A DNA stretch of 64,000 nucleotides, taken from positions 1-64,000 of the IMG/VR virus record IMGVR_UViG_3300013368_000005, one strand, 5' to 3'. This document shows, in pieces, positions 60,654 to 64,000 of the stretch. Position 1 is the first letter of the stretch. Each line of letters opens with the position of its first letter. The position numbers and the translations under genes were made by a program. The notes under the pieces are model-generated. The model was given only the letters and a program-made list of their open reading frames with translations, had not been told where the DNA came from and ran no database searches. Origin of the DNA: a virus. Lineage: Duplodnaviria; Caudoviricetes.

Positions 60654-60938
60654 ATGTATTGTGAAGAAAAAAAACATGAAATCGATAAGGCTATTAAAGA
60701 TATAGAAGATAAAGGTGGTATTACATGGAAAGCTGATGGAACCATGGATATACCAGATATACTACAAGTTAAAAAAGAATTTTATGAAAATGGTAATATC
60801 AAATCTAAAGAACACATGGGTACAAGAATAGAATATGATGAAGAAGGAAAACAAACTTATTTTAAAGATTTAGATGGCAATGAACTGTTTTTTGATAAAG
60901 AAGGAAATATCGTTAAACACAATCCAGCTGTAAAGTGA
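60654..60938 (+). CDS. small MORN/YD-repeat-like protein
   Basis: FYENGNIKS, EYDEEGK, FDKEGN. Confidence 0.55.
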   Translation: MYCEEKKHEIDKAIKDIEDKGGITWKADGTMDIPDILQVKKEFYENGNIKSKEHMGTRIEYDEEGKQTYFKDLDGNELFFDKEGNIVKHNPAVK

Positions 60939-60961
60939 ATAATATAAAGAGGGGAATAGAT

Positions 60962-61525
60962 ATGACAGATCAATGGATTAAAAATGAATTAGATCTATAT
61001 GAGAAAACTCATAATATAAAACTTAATAGAAATAATATATTAAAAGTATTAGAAAAAATACCTGAAGATGAACAATATTCTTTATATCTAAAAGATAGAG
61101 ATTATATTAATCTTAACCTTACGCAAAAAGAAATGGAACTTATAATGCCATTAATGACTAGAATTCCTATTACTCCTTTAACTGGAGATAACAATGAATG
61201 GATTATGGTAACTCGTGGTAATAGTTCATTAAAATTTTATGCTAACAAAAGATCTATTAATACTTATAAAAAGGAATTTGAAAACGGTATAACGATATAT
61301 TATCATAAATTTTATGTAGAAAATGCATTAGACCTATATAGAAGTGGTTCTAGAATAGAAAATAGAGAGATAAAGTTTCCATTTATAGTACCTTTTCATA
61401 ATGAATATATTTATGAATATATACATGAGTTTAATGGTCTATCAGAATCTGTATTATTAACAAATGAGGAAACTATTAAAAAAATAAAAAGTATTATGAA
61501 ATCTAATATAATATGCAATGAGTAA
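60962..61525 (+). CDS. phage protein, paralog B
   Basis: MTDQWIKNELDLYE...PITPLTGDNNEW; ATG 60962 with SD GAGGGG. Confidence 0.7.
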   Translation: MTDQWIKNELDLYEKTHNIKLNRNNILKVLEKIPEDEQYSLYLKDRDYINLNLTQKEMELIMPLMTRIPITPLTGDNNEWIMVTRGNSSLKFYANKRSINTYKKEFENGITIYYHKFYVENALDLYRSGSRIENREIKFPFIVPFHNEYIYEYIHEFNGLSESVLLTNEETIKKIKSIMKSNIICNE

Positions 61526-61700
61526 ATATAAAGGTTATACCATTTGGTATAACCTTTTAACTTATTTTATAACCATATATTATACATATGAATATAAACC
61601 AAGAAAGGAGTTGAAAACAGTAATGAAAATAGCAGCAATAGTTATATCGCTATGTGCAATAATTTTAAATATAATTACTTTATTTATTAGAAGAAAATAA
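61518..61700 (+). CDS. small hydrophobic peptide (start uncertain, possibly the internal MKIAA)
   Basis: TM-like C-terminus; internal SD AAGGAG. Confidence 0.35.
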   Translation: MSKYKGYTIWYNLLTYFITIYYTYEYKPRKELKTVMKIAAIVISLCAIILNIITLFIRRK

Positions 61701-61716
61701 AAGGAGATGTTTTATT

Positions 61717-61935
61717 ATGGATAACTTTATTGTTCAAAAAAACCTCGCAAAAGATTTGGAACTATTCCAGAAGGAAAATATATGTAACTACGCTTCAAAT
61801 CAATGTAAGTCATGTGTTTTTAATATTGAAAATGGATGTGCATATAATTTAGTTATAAATGTATTATCTAATAACTTGAGTTTTAATAAAGAAATAAGTA
61901 AAAAACAATATAGGGAGATTATGGGATTTAAATAA
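61717..61935 (+). CDS. small Cys-rich protein
   Basis: C-x5-CKSC...GC; SD AAGGAG. Confidence 0.6.
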   Translation: MDNFIVQKNLAKDLELFQKENICNYASNQCKSCVFNIENGCAYNLVINVLSNNLSFNKEISKKQYREIMGFK

Positions 61936-61994
61936 TTAATTTATAGAAGTAAAAATAATAGTATAATAAATAATATTTTTTAGGGGGAAATAAT

Positions 61995-63101
61995 ATGAAA
62001 AAAATTAAAAATCAAATAATGAAAATACTAAACAATTCAGAAGTAGAAGGTGCTAATTCTATAGAATATGGTACATGCAACAATGAGTTAATATGGTTTA
62101 AAGCATTAGATAGTAAAGGAAGACTATTACTAATTAATGATAATGAAAAAACTGAACAAGTAATTATATATTGCGATGAGATAAATATGGTTATAGTTAA
62201 AAACTTAGTAACAGGTCTCATAACGTCTACTGTATATAATAAACTTAATCTTAAAACATCTACATCTATTGATATTATATCGAATGATGAAGATGTTCGT
62301 AGTATGTTAAAAGATAAGAATGCGGTATCACGTACTAGCTATAAATATAATAGAAATAGAAAAGTTAAATGGTCACAACAAATTTCAAGTTTTAATACAA
62401 TTACAACTAAATATATTTATGAAGGTAATAAATTAGTAAAAGAAATTGAAGAAACCGAATATAAATTAGAAAAAGAAATTTGTAAAAATACTATTAAAGT
62501 AAGAATATTAGAATATTTTGAAGGTTCAGACATTCCAAAAAGAGATTATACTATGGTAAATGACAAAATAAAATCAGAGATTGTATACAATGAGAAAGGT
62601 GAAATTCTACATTCTTTAGATAACTATTGTATACAACATGATTATTTATATGAAAATAATTTATTATCTAATCTTATAGTATCAAATAAAGAAACAGGAA
62701 AAGTATTACAGGTATGTGATTATGAATACAATAAAAATGGTAATCAAATATGTGTGAACACATATGCTGATGGAAGTAACTATTGTAATTATTATGAATA
62801 TGATGATCAAAATAGACGTACTAAAATTATATCATATGCAGAAGGTGAATTAACCTCTGCTATGTATTATGAATATTATATTATTAATGGTAATAATATA
62901 ATTAAACAAACTGAAAGAACTAAAGGGTTCATAAGTGTAACCATATCCGCTAATAATAAATATCTTAGCCAGTTAACGCATTTCTTCGATACTATAAACC
63001 CTTCAATGGTATTTACTAGTTATGATGAAGACGGACGAGAAATACAAAGAATAGAAGATGGTAAAATTGAGATACTAGAATATAATACTATAAAACTATA
63101 A
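61995..63101 (+). CDS. YD/RHS-repeat-like protein
   Basis: YEYNKNG, YEYDDQNR, SYDEDGR repeats. Confidence 0.6.
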   Translation: MKKIKNQIMKILNNSEVEGANSIEYGTCNNELIWFKALDSKGRLLLINDNEKTEQVIIYCDEINMVIVKNLVTGLITSTVYNKLNLKTSTSIDIISNDEDVRSMLKDKNAVSRTSYKYNRNRKVKWSQQISSFNTITTKYIYEGNKLVKEIEETEYKLEKEICKNTIKVRILEYFEGSDIPKRDYTMVNDKIKSEIVYNEKGEILHSLDNYCIQHDYLYENNLLSNLIVSNKETGKVLQVCDYEYNKNGNQICVNTYADGSNYCNYYEYDDQNRRTKIISYAEGELTSAMYYEYYIINGNNIIKQTERTKGFISVTISANNKYLSQLTHFFDTINPSMVFTSYDEDGREIQRIEDGKIEILEYNTIKL

Positions 63102-63142
63102 TTAAAAGGAGATAAAAATAATTAAGTATAGGGGATTAATTT

Positions 63143-63682
63143 ATGAAAGTAAATGTTATTTTGGCAAAATGTAAAGATAATTCAGTAGAATGTGTTGCAA
63201 TATTAGCAACAAATGTAGAGATTGAGAAATATATTTCTCATAATGATGATAAATATGTATATTTATGGTTAGAGAGAGATATAGAAGTCGCAATGGCAAA
63301 TATATGTCCTGATATTATTACAGAACTAGACATATATTTAGCATATAATCATAATTGTGAATATCATATATTAGGTATAACTCCTAAAGGTGCGTTAAAA
63401 ATGCATTATTTTTATGGTAAAGCATTGGATGAGTCATTTGTAGTTACGGTACAAACGCTTACAATTAATACTGTTCAGAAAGTAGAATTACCAATAATAT
63501 GCCCTAATTGTTATAATAAAGTAGACATTATAACAAAATCAGAACACGATAATTATATATGTGAATTTATATCATGTAGTAAATGTAATACACATGGTGT
63601 TAGTTTATATAATAATAAACAGGAACAAAATAGAGGCAAAATTCATTGGCTGTTAGATAAATCAGAATTAACTAGATTATAA
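63143..63682 (+). CDS. hypothetical protein with C-terminal Zn ribbon
   Basis: CPNC...CSKC; terminator at 63696-63728. Confidence 0.65.
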   Translation: MKVNVILAKCKDNSVECVAILATNVEIEKYISHNDDKYVYLWLERDIEVAMANICPDIITELDIYLAYNHNCEYHILGITPKGALKMHYFYGKALDESFVVTVQTLTINTVQKVELPIICPNCYNKVDIITKSEHDNYICEFISCSKCNTHGVSLYNNKQEQNRGKIHWLLDKSELTRL

Positions 63683-63828
63683 ATATAATTTTACAATAAA
63701 GGGTAGTTAACACCCTTTATTTTTTTTTGTAAAAGTATTATTTTTTAGGTATATATTATAAATATGTATAGAAGTTGATAGTAATCTTTTATATAAATAA
63801 AATATAAAACTATCAGAAGGAGATAATT

Positions 63829-64000
63829 ATGAAAAAATATACTAAACAACAAATCTTAAATATTCTCAAATATGAATTAAGTAAGACAGAGTTAGAAAAA
63901 CTATGTAACAGTTTAGAAGAAGGATACTATACTTTCGATAAAACTTCAGATATACATATGTTTAAGGAAAGATATGTATATATAAAAGATATTTATCATG
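63829..64000 (+). CDS. early hypothetical protein, truncated by the window end
   Basis: early motif at 63752-63759; SD GAAGGAG; MKKYTKQQILNILKY. Confidence 0.6.
   Translation, partial: MKKYTKQQILNILKYELSKTELEKLCNSLEEGYYTFDKTSDIHMFKERYVYIKDIYH

Noticed and set aside
61995-63101. Rhs polymorphic toxin
   Set aside because: YD-like repeats only; no DPxG cleavage motif or toxin tip
1-64000. Alternative genetic code (stop-codon reassignment)
   Set aside because: Genes are long and intact under code 11; TAA, TAG and TGA all end genes; only one internal stop seen

Overview
Very AT-rich 64 kb segment of a jumbo myophage of the phiKZ/AR9-related type (encodes its own multisubunit RNA polymerase). 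The host is probably a Firmicute: strong GGAGG/GGGG Shine-Dalgarno (SD) sites, and virion SH3b, GH73 glucosaminidase and M23 peptidase domains. Contents: late virion modules (paralogous internal-head-like proteins, baseplate/tube proteins, 3193-aa tape-measure-like protein with lytic domains), a 1501-aa RNAP beta-like subunit, a 414-aa beta-prime fragment, DNA/nucleotide enzymes (PC4-like SSB, degenerate 5'-3' exonuclease, RusA, ThyX, Tmk-like kinase, DEDDh exonuclease, RNase HI, N6-adenine MTase, PolB-like palm fragment), a kinase-like protein and many small early genes. Two phage promoter classes are readable by eye: late AACA-N6-T(A/G) and early TATATTAT. Applying this grammar to the intergenic DNA reveals at least six promoter-to-terminator units of about 85-110 nt without a credible ORF. 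Three lie in a tandem array at 43954-44290 and carry anti-SD/anti-start-codon segments; one is exactly complementary to the GAGATTAATTATG initiation signature of four phage genes in this window. This candidate late small-RNA translational shut-off system is the most interesting finding. All assignments are by-eye motif recognition; no searches or folding computations were run.
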